Shown here in pieces: positions 39,518-50,533 of a DNA stretch of 64,000 nucleotides. Under the pieces are notes generated by a model. It was not told the origin of the DNA. It saw nothing but the letters and a program-made list of their open reading frames with translations, and searched no databases. Made by a program: the position numbers and the translations under genes. This DNA comes from Desulfatiglandales bacterium. GTDB lineage: Bacteria; Desulfobacterota; DSM-4660; Desulfatiglandales; HGW-15. The stretch's first letter is position 1, and each line of letters opens with the position of its first letter. The stretch covers positions 1,120,001 through 1,184,000 of the forward strand of contig CAXXJJ010000001.1 of the NCBI GenBank assembly GCA_963667015.2, given 5' to 3'.

Positions 39518-41482
39518 ATGGGTATTGCTGCTGATATAATCCTGCTGATTGTTGCTGCTTTTTTTTGCGGTCTGCTGTTTCAAAAATTTGGCCAGCCTTT
39601 GATCCTGGGATATATTATCGCAGGGATAATTTTAGGCCCCTATACAGGTGGATTAACGATCTCAAACATTCATGAGATTGAGCTGCTCGCCGAGATAGGC
39701 ATTGCACTCCTTCTTTTTGCCCTCGGCCTTGAGTTTTCCTTCAGGGATCTAAAACCGGTGAAGATGATTGCGGTTATAGGAACCCCAATCCAGATTCTGC
39801 TTACCATTGGTTTAGGTATGGGCATCGGATACCTGATGGATTGGGATTGGAAAACATCTCTATGGCTTGGGGCAATGATTTCCCTATCCAGTACAATGGT
39901 TATTTTAAAAACCCTGATGAACCAGGGATGGATGGGCACACTATCCAGTAAAGTGATGATAGGAATGCTTATTATCCAGGATCTGGCTGTAATTCCCATG
40001 ATGATAATTCTCCCTCAATTAAACAATCCCGCAGTGGGGCTGCCAGCTCTTGGATTTGCAGCCCTTAAAGCAGGAGTGTTTATTGCCGGGATGGTTTTTC
40101 TTGGAACCAGACTGCTGCCCGGCTTGATGACACATATTGCAAAACTTGGTTCAAGGGAGCTTTTTTTGCTCGCTATTACCGCTATCGGATTGGGTATAGG
40201 CTATCTGACACATCTGGTGGGGCTCTCTTTTGCCTTTGGTGCATTTGTGGCCGGAATAGTTCTCAATGAATCTGACTATGGTCATCAGGCGCTTTGTGAT
40301 ATTATTCCGCTTAGAGATCTCTTCGGGTTGCTGTTTTTTACCTCGGTTGGCATGCTGTTTAATCCTTCCTTTCTTTTAAATCATATAAAAGAAGTTATTA
40401 TTCTTGTACTGGCAATAGGTTTTGGAAAGGGACTCATCTTTGCAATGCTGTCCGGAGTTTTCAGATATAAAAATGTTATACCGCTTGCGGTAGGATTGAG
40501 TATGTTTCAAATCGGAGAGTTTTCCTTTGTTTTGGCAAAAGTGGGAGTAACAACAAATTCGATCGATACTGAGCTTTACTCTTTAATTTTGACTGCAGCT
40601 ATCTTTACAATGTTAATGACTCCTCTGATTTCAGGTCAGACATCAAAAATTTATTCATTAAAAAAACGCTGGTTTCGTCATGAAAAGCTTGAGACATCTA
40701 ATGTCCCAACCATTGGCCTGAATAATCATGTTATTATCGCCGGGGGCGGTCGAGTGGGTTTTCAGATAGCAACGGTTTTAAAACGCCTTCAAATACAATT
40801 TATTATTATCGAGCTTGATCACAGACGGTTTGAACAGGCCAAGGCAAGCGGAATGGCGGTTGTCTATGGTGACGCTGTTCAGGAAATCGTACTGGAAGCG
40901 GCTGGAATAAAGAATGCAAACCTTCTTATTTTAACACTGCCCGGAATTGTTGAAGCAAGATCGGTTATTGTTAATGTAAAAAAGCTGAATAGCTGCATAG
41001 AAATAATAGCAAGAACATCCGGGGCTGATTATTTCGAATCACTGAGAGAATTAGGGGTTACAGAAATTGTGCTCCCGGAGTTTGAGGCCGGCATTGAAAT
41101 GACCCGCCAGTCGCTCCTCCGTCTCAGAGTCCCGCCCGCAGAAGTCCACCGTTACACAGATACTCTAAGGCATGAGATTTGCTCTAATACATCCGGCCAG
41201 TTAACAGATTATCTGATGCTTTCACAACTCAGAAATGTTGAACAACAAATGGATCTGCAATGGGTTCGCCTGGAAGAGAACAGCCCGATTGCTGATAAGT
41301 CAATAGGTGAAAGTGAAATACGAAAGAGAACAGGTGTATCTATGGTTGGAGTTTTAAGGGGGGATAAATTTAAAGCAAATCCGGATGCAAATTTTGTTAT
41401 ATTACCGGGAGATATAATGGCAATAATCGGGGATGAGAAAAGCAGAAATTCTTTTATTATTTTGGCATCTCCTTTAGCGTAA
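39518..41482 (+). CDS. CPA2/Kef-type cation:proton antiporter with TrkA-N and TrkA-C domains
   Basis: LLF.LGLE, SST, QD and GEF motifs. GxGRVG RCK-N, plus RCK-C. Confidence 0.9.
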   Translation: MGIAADIILLIVAAFFCGLLFQKFGQPLILGYIIAGIILGPYTGGLTISNIHEIELLAEIGIALLLFALGLEFSFRDLKPVKMIAVIGTPIQILLTIGLGMGIGYLMDWDWKTSLWLGAMISLSSTMVILKTLMNQGWMGTLSSKVMIGMLIIQDLAVIPMMIILPQLNNPAVGLPALGFAALKAGVFIAGMVFLGTRLLPGLMTHIAKLGSRELFLLAITAIGLGIGYLTHLVGLSFAFGAFVAGIVLNESDYGHQALCDIIPLRDLFGLLFFTSVGMLFNPSFLLNHIKEVIILVLAIGFGKGLIFAMLSGVFRYKNVIPLAVGLSMFQIGEFSFVLAKVGVTTNSIDTELYSLILTAAIFTMLMTPLISGQTSKIYSLKKRWFRHEKLETSNVPTIGLNNHVIIAGGGRVGFQIATVLKRLQIQFIIIELDHRRFEQAKASGMAVVYGDAVQEIVLEAAGIKNANLLILTLPGIVEARSVIVNVKKLNSCIEIIARTSGADYFESLRELGVTEIVLPEFEAGIEMTRQSLLRLRVPPAEVHRYTDTLRHEICSNTSGQLTDYLMLSQLRNVEQQMDLQWVRLEENSPIADKSIGESEIRKRTGVSMVGVLRGDKFKANPDANFVILPGDIMAIIGDEKSRNSFIILASPLA

Positions 41483-41663
41483 ATGCTTCATCGATTTTTA
41501 AGTGTGACATCGTAGAAACATGTTATTCTTGAATAATGCCAGAGGACTGATTCAAAATTATCGAATAATATTTGACAAAAAAAGTATTATTTTATAAAAA
41601 TTCACAACCTTGCAGCAGAAGCTGCATTTTGAATAAAAGAAAAGTATAAAAAATATGAGACTT

Positions 41664-41718
41664 AAAAAGCCACGAAGGCTGCAACTCCGGTAGGAGTGGT
41701 GCCTTTGTGGCTTTTTTT
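41664..41718 (+). promoter_or_regulatory. Leader hairpin with U-tract (candidate attenuator)
   Basis: AAAAAGCCACGAAGGC...ACTCC-GGTA-GGAGT...GCCTTTGTGGCTTTTTTT, located between TTGACA (41572) and the TonB receptor start. Confidence 0.6.
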
Positions 41719-41768
41719 ATTTTAATCCCTTAATAACTGCATTGCGAAGTCTGAAAATGGAGGAAAAA

Positions 41769-43796
41769 ATGGTCAGGTTTTCACGTTCCTGTTTTATTTT
41801 TATTATGATGTTGTCATGCCTTTGTATTCAAAACGTTTCAGCCGAAACCCCATCCAGGGAGGCTTATCTGGAAGAAATAACTGTCACTGCAACGAGAAGT
41901 GAAATAGCCGTATTTGATGCACCTCAAAGTGTTACAGTTATTTCTGAAGAAGAGTTAGCCGTGCTTCCCTTTGAGCGTATTGAGGACATACTGAGATTCT
42001 CTGTCGGTATACAGAACTACAGCCACTATGGGAACCAGACTGGTGGAGTGTCAAGCCATTTCAGCATGAGAGGTGTGGGACGTAACCGTGTTTTATTTAT
42101 GCTGGATGGTGTTCCACTTAATGATAATTTTAATAATTCGATTGCATGGGTTGCCTGGGGTATTGTTCCAAAGGAAAGTATTGCAAGGATAGAGATAGTA
42201 AGGGGGCCTACATCTGCTGTTTATGGAACCGAGGGGCTGGGAGGTGTGGTAAATATCATAACCAAAAAGCCCGAAGAAAAAACAGAAACCAGCCTGAAAC
42301 TAAAGGGCGGAACCAGTGATACCTATTCTGTCTCAGGTCTTCATTCTCAGGATAATGGCCGTTTAGGGTTTCTTGTGTCCGGCGGTTATGACGATAGTGA
42401 CGGATTTTATATGGTAGATCCTGAAGGCATCGAAGACTATACTCTCAGACGTTATCGTGAAGTTGCAAAAGGTTTTGGAAAAATATCCTACTCGCTGAAT
42501 GAACGTACTGACATTTCTTTCAGTGCCCTTTATTATGACCATGAAATGGGAAAAGGACGAGAATATTTTTATGATGACCTTACAATGGATCAGTATCGTC
42601 TTGGAATAACCTATAATGGAAATCAAATTGACTGGTCCGGTATTGTATATTTGAATCGTGCTGAAAAGACTGCCTATCAGGATAGTTATGTCAGCTCTAC
42701 AGATTCCTATACCCCGGACCGCAATGAAATGTTTCCTGGAAATGACGTTTGGGGTGCAGAATATCAGAATACGGCTATACTATTTGATTTAGCCACGGTT
42801 ACCGCCGGGTTGTCCTATAAGGGCATTTCAATGGACTATGATGTGGACTATTTAACCAGTTCACGTGATACCGGTGCAACCGGACGTCAGGATACAGTAG
42901 CTACATTTATTGATGTTACTGCAGAATTTCTGGACAATAGGCTGCTGATCAACGCAGGACTGCGCTTTGATCAGATAAAAAACCACAAGGGCCGGAGCTG
43001 GGATACAAGCCTGTCAGCAGACGATGCATATAATTCAAAAATCTGGAAGAATTATTCCCCAAAGCTGGGTATTACTTTTCATCCCGATGATCTGACCACA
43101 ATTCGTTCGTCCATTGGAACAGGTTTCAAGGCCCCAAGTCTCTTTGACCAGTATAAGCTTCATATAAGGGGCGGAGGGAGAAGTGTCAGGTTCCCCAACC
43201 CGAATCTTGATCCCGAAGAGATTGTAACATGGGATATCGGGGCTGAGAGATTTTTCAAGGATAATTTATGGGTAAGGCTGGCATATTATCAATCAACAGC
43301 ATCTGATTATATAGGGACAAGGACTATCACTAGCTATTATGTTGGATCAAGGCTTTATACAGAAAGCACTTACCAGAATATAAGCGAGGTTGACATACAC
43401 GGTATTGAGGCAGAGCTGCAATATGAAATAGGTTATGGGCTTTCTTCGTTTTTTAATTTTAATTACAACAGCTCTAAAGTCACAAAAGATGATGAAACCC
43501 CCGAACTTGTAGGAAAATATATGGCAGGAGATCCAAAACAGAAATATCGTGCCGGACTAACCTACAGAAACCCTGATCTTGTCAACGGTTCTGTAGCGGT
43601 AAAATACAATGTGGATGAATACTCGGATTCTGAAAATGTAACAAAGCTCCCGAATTATTTCACCCTTGATCTTTCAGTATGGAAAAAGCTGGGTGATTAC
43701 CTGACCCTGAGACTTGACATTGAGAACCTGACTGAAGAAGATGAGTACATAAAGGACGGTACACTGTATTACGGAACAGTACAGATCGACTTTTAA
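41769..43796 (+). CDS. TonB-dependent receptor
   Basis: Signal peptide, TonB box EEITVTATR, plug MRG...LDG.PLN, RIEIVRGP.S.VYG, and terminal Phe. ATG 41769 follows GGAGG. Confidence 0.9.
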   Translation: MVRFSRSCFIFIMMLSCLCIQNVSAETPSREAYLEEITVTATRSEIAVFDAPQSVTVISEEELAVLPFERIEDILRFSVGIQNYSHYGNQTGGVSSHFSMRGVGRNRVLFMLDGVPLNDNFNNSIAWVAWGIVPKESIARIEIVRGPTSAVYGTEGLGGVVNIITKKPEEKTETSLKLKGGTSDTYSVSGLHSQDNGRLGFLVSGGYDDSDGFYMVDPEGIEDYTLRRYREVAKGFGKISYSLNERTDISFSALYYDHEMGKGREYFYDDLTMDQYRLGITYNGNQIDWSGIVYLNRAEKTAYQDSYVSSTDSYTPDRNEMFPGNDVWGAEYQNTAILFDLATVTAGLSYKGISMDYDVDYLTSSRDTGATGRQDTVATFIDVTAEFLDNRLLINAGLRFDQIKNHKGRSWDTSLSADDAYNSKIWKNYSPKLGITFHPDDLTTIRSSIGTGFKAPSLFDQYKLHIRGGGRSVRFPNPNLDPEEIVTWDIGAERFFKDNLWVRLAYYQSTASDYIGTRTITSYYVGSRLYTESTYQNISEVDIHGIEAELQYEIGYGLSSFFNFNYNSSKVTKDDETPELVGKYMAGDPKQKYRAGLTYRNPDLVNGSVAVKYNVDEYSDSENVTKLPNYFTLDLSVWKKLGDYLTLRLDIENLTEEDEYIKDGTLYYGTVQIDF

Positions 43797-43871
43797 GCTT
43801 TTTAAAGGCACAACTAAATGATACTCCGCTCTATTGAAAGCGGGGTATCACAGTAAAGTGAGGAAACAGGA

Positions 43872-44600
43872 ATGACTGTTAAACAGATTTTATTTATATG
43901 TATAAGCTCATTAATATTTTTTGTTTCAGGGAACTCAGTCAGTGCTCATCACCTTTGGGTGGAAAAAAGTAATGGTGCCTATATCGTCGCCAGAGGTGTT
44001 CTGGGTGAGCGACATGATAGTTACAATCCTGACAGGGTTATGGCCTTTGCGGCCATTGGGGCAGATGGCAAAAGGGTATCAGAGGAAATGATCCGGAGAT
44101 CGGATGAACCTGATAGAGCCCGGTTTGAAATTTCAGAGCAGGTTAGTATGGCTACTGTTTCATGCGACTGGGGGTACAGGGTCAACACAACAAAAGGTAA
44201 AAAGCTGATGAGCAAACCTGAGGCTGAAAAAGAAGGTTTAAGGATAATCAGCGCCTTTTTTTCCACCCAGTACAGCAAGGTTTTCTTTGAAAAAGGGATC
44301 GGAAATACAATAGCTGCCGGGCTTAAATTTGAAATGATTCCTCTTAATGATCCTGTTGGATTGCACAAGGGCGATGTGCTTCCTGTGCAGGTCCTCTTTG
44401 ATGGAAGGCCTCTTGCAAATGTTGTAATTACGAGCGCGGCAAGGGAAGAAATTCCTACTGATAGCAATGGTGTCGGCCATTTTAAAATTACGAAAAAAGG
44501 AAAAACGCTTTTGATGCTGGGGCAGAAAGTCCCTGTGAAAGATGATCCTGAAAAGGATTATCATCTTTATACCACCTTTATGGTTTTTGAGGTTAAATAA
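43872..44600 (+). CDS. DUF4198 (Ni/Co uptake-associated) exported protein
   Basis: Signal peptide then AHH.W. Also GL..E..PL..P..L..GD...VQVL.DG.PL and TD..G. Confidence 0.75.
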   Translation: MTVKQILFICISSLIFFVSGNSVSAHHLWVEKSNGAYIVARGVLGERHDSYNPDRVMAFAAIGADGKRVSEEMIRRSDEPDRARFEISEQVSMATVSCDWGYRVNTTKGKKLMSKPEAEKEGLRIISAFFSTQYSKVFFEKGIGNTIAAGLKFEMIPLNDPVGLHKGDVLPVQVLFDGRPLANVVITSAAREEIPTDSNGVGHFKITKKGKTLLMLGQKVPVKDDPEKDYHLYTTFMVFEVK

Positions 44601-45103
44601 TGAAACGGAGCAAAATTTTCTATGTCCTGTCAGTAGCTTTTGTTTTTCCACTTATTTTTAATGTGATATCAGCAGCCGCACATGGAACAGACTGTCGGGT
44701 TAATGAAGATATCAGGACTATAACCTTTGATTTTTTCTATGATGACAGGGAGCCTATGCAGTATTGTGAGGTGCTTGTGTTCAGCCCGCTTGATGAAAAA
44801 ATCGAATACCAGAATGGAAGAACTGACAGCAAAGGAAGGTTTTCTTTTTCCCCGGACACTCCCGGCCAATGGCGCATTGAGGCAAGTGATGGAATGGGAC
44901 ATATGGTAAAGGGCACAGTGAATGTGGAGGCTGATACATCCCCAAAAACAGCACCTGTCACGCAGGAGAGAAAAAATGATGGAGTATTTTCTGAAGATAT
45001 CTCAAAGACCCTGAAGGTTATTCTGGGATTAAGCCTGATCATAAACATATGGGCGCTTTTTTCTTTCCTGAAAACACGATCTGTGAATAAAAAAGCTCAG
45101 TAA
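44600..45103 (+). CDS. NikL/CbiL-like accessory protein
   Basis: Signal peptide then AHG, YQ.GRTD..G.F.F.P...G.W...DGMGH, and a C-terminal TM helix. Confidence 0.65.
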   Translation: MKRSKIFYVLSVAFVFPLIFNVISAAAHGTDCRVNEDIRTITFDFFYDDREPMQYCEVLVFSPLDEKIEYQNGRTDSKGRFSFSPDTPGQWRIEASDGMGHMVKGTVNVEADTSPKTAPVTQERKNDGVFSEDISKTLKVILGLSLIINIWALFSFLKTRSVNKKAQ

Positions 45104-45152
45104 AATAACAGGTTTTTTACTGGAAAACTCACTTTAAAAAGGAAATGTAAAT

Positions 45153-46010
45153 ATGAAGAAAAATGTAAATATCCTTTCAGTAACTTCTTTTATTATTCTT
45201 ATTCTTTTTCTGGCGCCATTTGCAAAAGCCGACACACCAATGGGGAAACTTTATGTGGTAGGGATGGGGCCTGCCGGACCGGATCTTACGGCACCACGTG
45301 CCCTTGATATTGTAAAAAAGGCGGATTTATACCTCTGTTCTCCAAGAATGCCTGATCGTTTCAAGCGGTTCGGGTTATATATAGATCCTGAAAAGGTGGC
45401 CTTCGATCCCTGGGACAGGGTAATGAGCAATAACAAGGGAAACAATAAAATTTCACTTGAAGAGCGCGAAACCAGAAGAAAAGAGCAGATTGCAGAAATT
45501 CAGGCATTTATTATGAAAAAATTACAGGAGGGTAAGACAATAGCCATGATGGATGGGGGCGATCCATGTGTATACGGTCCCAGCCTTCATCATCTGTTGA
45601 ATGGTTTTGATCCGGACCTGTTTGAAGTGGTTCCCGGAATGGGTGCATTTAATGCTGCGGCTGCAGCCCTTAAAACTACTGTAACACCGGATAATATAAG
45701 GTTTGTTGCGCTTACATCTCCGGAATCACTGTTCGGTGATTCAGAGAAAAATGGTGATGATATCCTCAAGGATCTATCAAAATATGAAACAACCATGGTT
45801 TTATACATGTCCCTCTCTGCCATGAGCAAGGTTGCTGATCGGTTCAGGAAATATTACAAGCCTGACCTGCCTATAGCCATCGTGTATTATGCCGGGTACC
45901 CGGATAAAGAGAAAGTGTTAAGAAGCAGCCTGGGAAAAATAGAAGAAGATATGAAAGATATGGATGAAAAATGGCTGGGATTGGTCGTTCTTGGACAGTG
46001 TGCAAAATAA
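45153..46010 (+). CDS. Tetrapyrrole (CobM/CbiF-like) SAM methyltransferase with N-terminal signal peptide
   Basis: LYVVGMGP.GPDL, GGDPCVYG, VVPG...F.AAAAAL and T.VLYM. Confidence 0.8.
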   Translation: MKKNVNILSVTSFIILILFLAPFAKADTPMGKLYVVGMGPAGPDLTAPRALDIVKKADLYLCSPRMPDRFKRFGLYIDPEKVAFDPWDRVMSNNKGNNKISLEERETRRKEQIAEIQAFIMKKLQEGKTIAMMDGGDPCVYGPSLHHLLNGFDPDLFEVVPGMGAFNAAAAALKTTVTPDNIRFVALTSPESLFGDSEKNGDDILKDLSKYETTMVLYMSLSAMSKVADRFRKYYKPDLPIAIVYYAGYPDKEKVLRSSLGKIEEDMKDMDEKWLGLVVLGQCAK

Positions 46011-46014
46011 ATGG

Positions 46015-46233
46015 TCATTGATTTTCTGTATTTTGAGCAGGCATTCTTTCTTCGCATATTAAAAAATCATATGTCTGCTGAATCTCCTTGAAGCGTTCTT
46101 CTGCATCCGGATTACCAGGATTCCTGTCCGGATGCCATTCCTTGACAAGACTGCGGTATGCACTTCTTATTTCTGGTTTTGAGGCATTGTTTTTTATGTT
46201 CAATGTTTTGTATGGGTCTTCTTTTGATGCCAT
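46015..46233 (-). CDS. Stand-alone J-domain protein (possibly truncated)
   Basis: DPY..L......EI.SAYR.L...WHPDRN......FKEI. 72 aa from ATG 46233. Confidence 0.75.
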   Translation of the reverse strand: MASKEDPYKTLNIKNNASKPEIRSAYRSLVKEWHPDRNPGNPDAEERFKEIQQTYDFLICEERMPAQNTENQ

Positions 46234-46240
46234 ATAATTA

Positions 46241-47053
46241 TTATTTAAAAGCCATATAGCCCATCCAGAAGGCAATAAAGACCAATAGAATACCAAAATA
46301 TTTTTTATGATGCGTTTTGTCAATCCTGACTCCAAGCCTTGCACCAATCTGGGATCCTGCAAATACAGCGATTCCCAGGATAAGGGCCAGCTTCGGATCA
46401 AAATGTCCTGCTGCTGCATGACCTAAAAGTCCTGTAAGGGCAGTAATTCCGATCATCAGGCTTGATGATCCGACTGCTATCTTCATGGGTACTCCCCCCA
46501 GCAGGACCAGTGCCGGCACCTTTATAAGCCCGCCTCCTACACCAAGCATGCCGGCAACAAATCCGGCAAGGATCATCAGGGGAATTATGGAAAGAAGATT
46601 TAATTCATATGATTCATCTCCGGTGCCTCGTTCAAGGTAAAACCATCTGCCCTTTATAATACCTGAATTAATCTTCCTGTTTCCTATGGGTCTTATCATG
46701 AAATAGGCACCGATAAGGATAATGCCGGCAAATGCAAGTTTTGAAAATGCCTCAGGGAAATAGGACGAGAAGTAACCGCCTAAAAAAGCCCCGATGTTAG
46801 TTGGCGGTTCCACAATAAGGGCAAGGGTCCAGTCAACAAGCCCGGCCTTGTGAAAAACAAGAAGGGCGGAGACAGTGGCTACTATAATCAGGACCTGGCT
46901 TGTGGCGGCGCACCTGTAGAGCGGGAGCCCGAAGGCAAGAAGCATGGGAACGTAGACAGCTCCGCCTCCCTGTCCGAACATCATAAAGATGACCGACACA
47001 GCAAAAAAGACAGCGCACAGCAAAACGATCTGTTCCAATCCAAAAGCCATCAC
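46241..47053 (-). CDS. TauE/SafE (TSUP) sulfite exporter family
   Basis: Two G.GGG...VP repeats and about 8 TM segments. Confidence 0.85.
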   Translation of the reverse strand: MMAFGLEQIVLLCAVFFAVSVIFMMFGQGGGAVYVPMLLAFGLPLYRCAATSQVLIIVATVSALLVFHKAGLVDWTLALIVEPPTNIGAFLGGYFSSYFPEAFSKLAFAGIILIGAYFMIRPIGNRKINSGIIKGRWFYLERGTGDESYELNLLSIIPLMILAGFVAGMLGVGGGLIKVPALVLLGGVPMKIAVGSSSLMIGITALTGLLGHAAAGHFDPKLALILGIAVFAGSQIGARLGVRIDKTHHKKYFGILLVFIAFWMGYMAFK

Positions 47054-47084
47054 TCATTCTCCGTGAATTTTTCAGGCAACTCTC

Positions 47085-47693
47085 TTATTCCCCGTAATTT
47101 GAGCATGGAATACAGACAAGGCTACCGTCACTCTTTACACGAAGCTTGTTTACAAAGGTAAGTTCCCCGCAGGCTTCACACCTTTTTGCATCGAAAACCC
47201 CTTTTGCTTTTTTAATATCAACGGTGTGTATCTCACCTGTATCAAGGAACTGTGATTCCTCCAACCCCAAAATCCTGTTAATCAGGGGATCTGCTATTTC
47301 GGGATCAATGTCCTGGGGCGGAGTGCCTGCCTTTCTTAACTGTACAAAGGGGGAGGCAAGCGCCATTTCAAAAAAATCAGGTTTAAGCGATACCCGCACT
47401 GCACGACCGGTTTTATTATCTATTAGGGTAAATGCCATCTTGTTGAAATAGAGTTTCTCTATATTGGATTTACCATAGGTGCATCCGGTGGCAATCATGA
47501 TACCGTCCAGGAAGCAGCCTGCAGCATGCCCTTTTCCTGTTTCGGATATCACCGAAAGTTCCTTGTCCTGTGACCGTTCAACTCCGAGGGCCTTCATAGC
47601 AGCAAGACCTGCCTTGAGCCCCATTGGCATGGCCGGGCACTTGTGACCGTGAAATTTAATGCCTGTTTCAAGTATTTCTTCAAAATTATCCAT
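47085..47693 (-). CDS. FmdE-family protein with C-terminal Zn finger
   Basis: FHGHKCP, C..DG....GCT.G and CxxC...CxxC. Confidence 0.85.
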   Translation of the reverse strand: MDNFEEILETGIKFHGHKCPAMPMGLKAGLAAMKALGVERSQDKELSVISETGKGHAAGCFLDGIMIATGCTYGKSNIEKLYFNKMAFTLIDNKTGRAVRVSLKPDFFEMALASPFVQLRKAGTPPQDIDPEIADPLINRILGLEESQFLDTGEIHTVDIKKAKGVFDAKRCEACGELTFVNKLRVKSDGSLVCIPCSNYGE

Positions 47694-47719
47694 GGTTATC
47701 TCCCTCTATTTTTTATCAA

Positions 47720-48976
47720 TCATTTATTTCCTGAAAAAAGATCCAAAAAACTTCCGCCCATCAGATAGAAATATGTTGCCGCCCAGTTAGTGAGTACAAC
47801 GACCACTGTAAAAAGAATATTACCCACACTCATGAGCGCCAGGCCCGATAGAATATTTCCAATAACACAGCCTCCGGCTATTGCCGCACCTGTCCCCAGT
47901 ATTATGCCACCGATAAAGGCAACTACCGTCTGTGAGGCCGGCCTGGGTTTAAACTCAATGGTGCCGGAAAGCCTGCCGGAAACCCATGAACCGATTACAA
48001 GGCTGGTAATAAGAAGCATGAGCCAGACATTTACTTTTTTACCTGTTTTTTGCGGAACCGCTGCGTCTGTTTGAACTTCAGGAGATTTCATCTGATTTTT
48101 TACGATGCTTTTTGCTTCAGGCTTTTTGTAGGCATAGTTCAGGTTGTTTTCAGTTAAAAGCATCTGGGCATGAAGAACGCCATGGGTTACTCCAAGTGGA
48201 TAATTTCTGCCTGAAGAAGCGGATGAGAGATAGGCAAATATTGCTAGTATCCCGATTGCAAGGCCTGCCTTCCATGGTTTCCATGGACGCCTGATTGTTC
48301 TTGTTACAAATCCTGTATCATCAGGTCTGACAGTGTTATTTTTTGAATTATTTTTGCGTTTTAAAAAGATCGTTATAATTGTGACCGAGGCAAATATACC
48401 CGCCAAGAGCCAGTAGGGCATTCCTGTAACCGATGAAATGGTAACAGGACCTCCGTCCTGTGATTTGATTACAAAACCTTTCATGTATTTTTGAAAACCG
48501 CTTAGGTATCCATACTCAACCAGTGCTACTCCAAGGGGGATGCCGATAAGACCTGCCATTGAATTTATGTTCCCGGCACCTGCCTTGAATAAACATCCGC
48601 TGACACACCCTCCGGCAAGTACTATTCCTGTGCCAAAGAGAACACCGCCGATTATGTAATTGAGGTATAATAATGGTTTAGCCGGTAACTGTACAAGGCC
48701 CAGGAGATCGAGCACTGCAAATCCAACCATACTTACTACGATAGCGATCCAGATTCCAAAGGCCTTTGATTTATCTCTCATAAGCGGAATTTCGCTCATG
48801 GCGCTTGCCCCGCACAACTCCCCCTTTTTCAGGAAAAATCCAAACAGAAATCCAACAGGTATTGCCGTTATTACCCACAGTTCGGTAGAGATTGCAGCCA
48901 GTGTAATTCCAATCATTATCACGATACTGGTAATAGAATAGGCCTTCCAGTTGATATCTTTTGCTGCTTCTGACAT
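47720..48976 (-). CDS. YeeE/YedE sulfur-compound transporter
   Basis: G.LC, AGGCVSG and AGGCVIG motifs; multi-TM. Confidence 0.85.
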   Translation of the reverse strand: MSEAAKDINWKAYSITSIVIMIGITLAAISTELWVITAIPVGFLFGFFLKKGELCGASAMSEIPLMRDKSKAFGIWIAIVVSMVGFAVLDLLGLVQLPAKPLLYLNYIIGGVLFGTGIVLAGGCVSGCLFKAGAGNINSMAGLIGIPLGVALVEYGYLSGFQKYMKGFVIKSQDGGPVTISSVTGMPYWLLAGIFASVTIITIFLKRKNNSKNNTVRPDDTGFVTRTIRRPWKPWKAGLAIGILAIFAYLSSASSGRNYPLGVTHGVLHAQMLLTENNLNYAYKKPEAKSIVKNQMKSPEVQTDAAVPQKTGKKVNVWLMLLITSLVIGSWVSGRLSGTIEFKPRPASQTVVAFIGGIILGTGAAIAGGCVIGNILSGLALMSVGNILFTVVVVLTNWAATYFYLMGGSFLDLFSGNK

Positions 48977-48993
48977 TTATAATCCCCCTTGTT

Positions 48994-49419
48994 TTATTTA
49001 CTGAGCTCTTCCTCGATATTTTCCACAAAGACCTTTATCTCGTCTCTGACCCTTCTGTAATGGTTTAAGGCTTCTTCCTCATTTGTAAGGCTTTCAGCCA
49101 GTTTTGGCGGATCATCAAAACCCCTGTGCATCAATTTTGTCTTTGCCGGAAAAAATGGGCATGCCTCATTGGCGTTGTCACAAAGGGTAACTACATAGTC
49201 GAATTCCATATCTCCCAGGGAGTCAATATCCTTTGATGTCTGCCCGGAGATGTCTATACCTGTCTCGGACATAACCTTTACAGCCCTTGGATCCACGCCC
49301 TTTGGTTCAATACCTGCTGAATATGCCCTGTAGGTATCCCTTTTAATATAGGTTGTCCATGCCTCTGCTATCTGGCTGCGGCAGGAGTTTCCTGTACACA
49401 GGAAAAGAATATTTTTCAT
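48994..49419 (-). CDS. arsC: Arsenate reductase (LMW-PTP type)
   Basis: CTGNSCRSQ, TLC...CP and FDDP. Confidence 0.9.
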   Translation of the reverse strand: MKNILFLCTGNSCRSQIAEAWTTYIKRDTYRAYSAGIEPKGVDPRAVKVMSETGIDISGQTSKDIDSLGDMEFDYVVTLCDNANEACPFFPAKTKLMHRGFDDPPKLAESLTNEEEALNHYRRVRDEIKVFVENIEEELSK

Positions 49420-49440
49420 AATATTATACCTCTTGAATCC

Positions 49441-50532
49441 TCAGTTTTTACAAGCCATATGGCACACACCTGTCAGTGTCTCAACCGCATATGGAAAATA
49501 TTTTTTCTTAAACCATAATGCCACATTAACAAGCCCTATGAGTACCGGCACCTCGACCAGCGGTCCTATAACAGCGGCAAATGCCTGACCTGAGTTTATT
49601 CCGAAAACGGCCACGGCAACAGCAATAGCGAGCTCAAAATTATTTGATGCGGCTGTAAAACTCAGGGTTGTTGACTGTTCGTATGATGCACCTGCCTTCA
49701 TGGACAGGAAAAATGATACGAAAAACATTATCAGAAAATAGACACAAAGTGGAATGGCTATACGAACCACATCCATGGGAAGCTGCACTATGTATTCACC
49801 CTTAAGTGAAAACATGACGAGGATTGTAAAGAGCAGGGCGATAAGTGCTATCGGGCTTATCTTTGGAATAAACTTTTTTTCATACCATTCCTTTCCCTTT
49901 GTCTTGAGCCCGATAACGCGTGAGATCATACCTGCAATAAAGGGGATGCCAAGATATATGAATACACTCTCCGCGATCTGACCTATGGAGATGTTGACAA
50001 CAATGCCTTTAAGGCCTATCCATTGGGGGACAACGGTTATAAAGATATAGGCGTAAAGGGAAAAGAACAGCACCTGGAAAATGGAATTAAATGCAACCAG
50101 CCCTGCGCAGTATTCGGTGTCGCCTGATGCAAGGTCATTCCACACTATCACCATTGCAATACAACGGGCCAGGCCGATAAGGATAAGCCCTGCCATGTAC
50201 TCGTGGTGCCCTGATAAAAAGGTTATGGCCAGCAGGAACATCAGTATCGGCCCTATTATCCAGTTCTGTACAAGGGATAGCGCAAGAACCCTGAAATCCC
50301 GGAATACTTGCCCGAGCTGTTCATATTTTACCTTTGCAAGGGGAGGGTACATCATTAAAATCAGTCCGACAGCAATAGGGATATTAGTCGTTCCAACCTG
50401 GAATATATTGATTACATCCTTTATTTTCGGAAAAAGATATCCTGCGAATACCCCAACTATCATGGCAGCAAATATCCACAGTGTCAGGAATCGGTCCAGG
50501 AATGAGAGCCTTTTTGTTATTGATTCAGCCAC
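49441..50532 (-). CDS. acr3: Arsenite efflux transporter Acr3
   Basis: [31 protein letters not shown] and GPLVEVP. GTG start after GGAG. Confidence 0.92.
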   Translation of the reverse strand: MAESITKRLSFLDRFLTLWIFAAMIVGVFAGYLFPKIKDVINIFQVGTTNIPIAVGLILMMYPPLAKVKYEQLGQVFRDFRVLALSLVQNWIIGPILMFLLAITFLSGHHEYMAGLILIGLARCIAMVIVWNDLASGDTEYCAGLVAFNSIFQVLFFSLYAYIFITVVPQWIGLKGIVVNISIGQIAESVFIYLGIPFIAGMISRVIGLKTKGKEWYEKKFIPKISPIALIALLFTILVMFSLKGEYIVQLPMDVVRIAIPLCVYFLIMFFVSFFLSMKAGASYEQSTTLSFTAASNNFELAIAVAVAVFGINSGQAFAAVIGPLVEVPVLIGLVNVALWFKKKYFPYAVETLTGVCHMACKN

Positions 50533-50533
50533 G

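Noticed and set aside
41572..41760. Cobalamin or NiCo riboswitch
   Set aside because: No B12-box or recognisable aptamer consensus. Only a terminator-like hairpin is supported.
46234..46419. N-terminal extension of the J-domain ORF
   Set aside because: It overlaps tauE in another frame. The J domain starts at ATG 46233.
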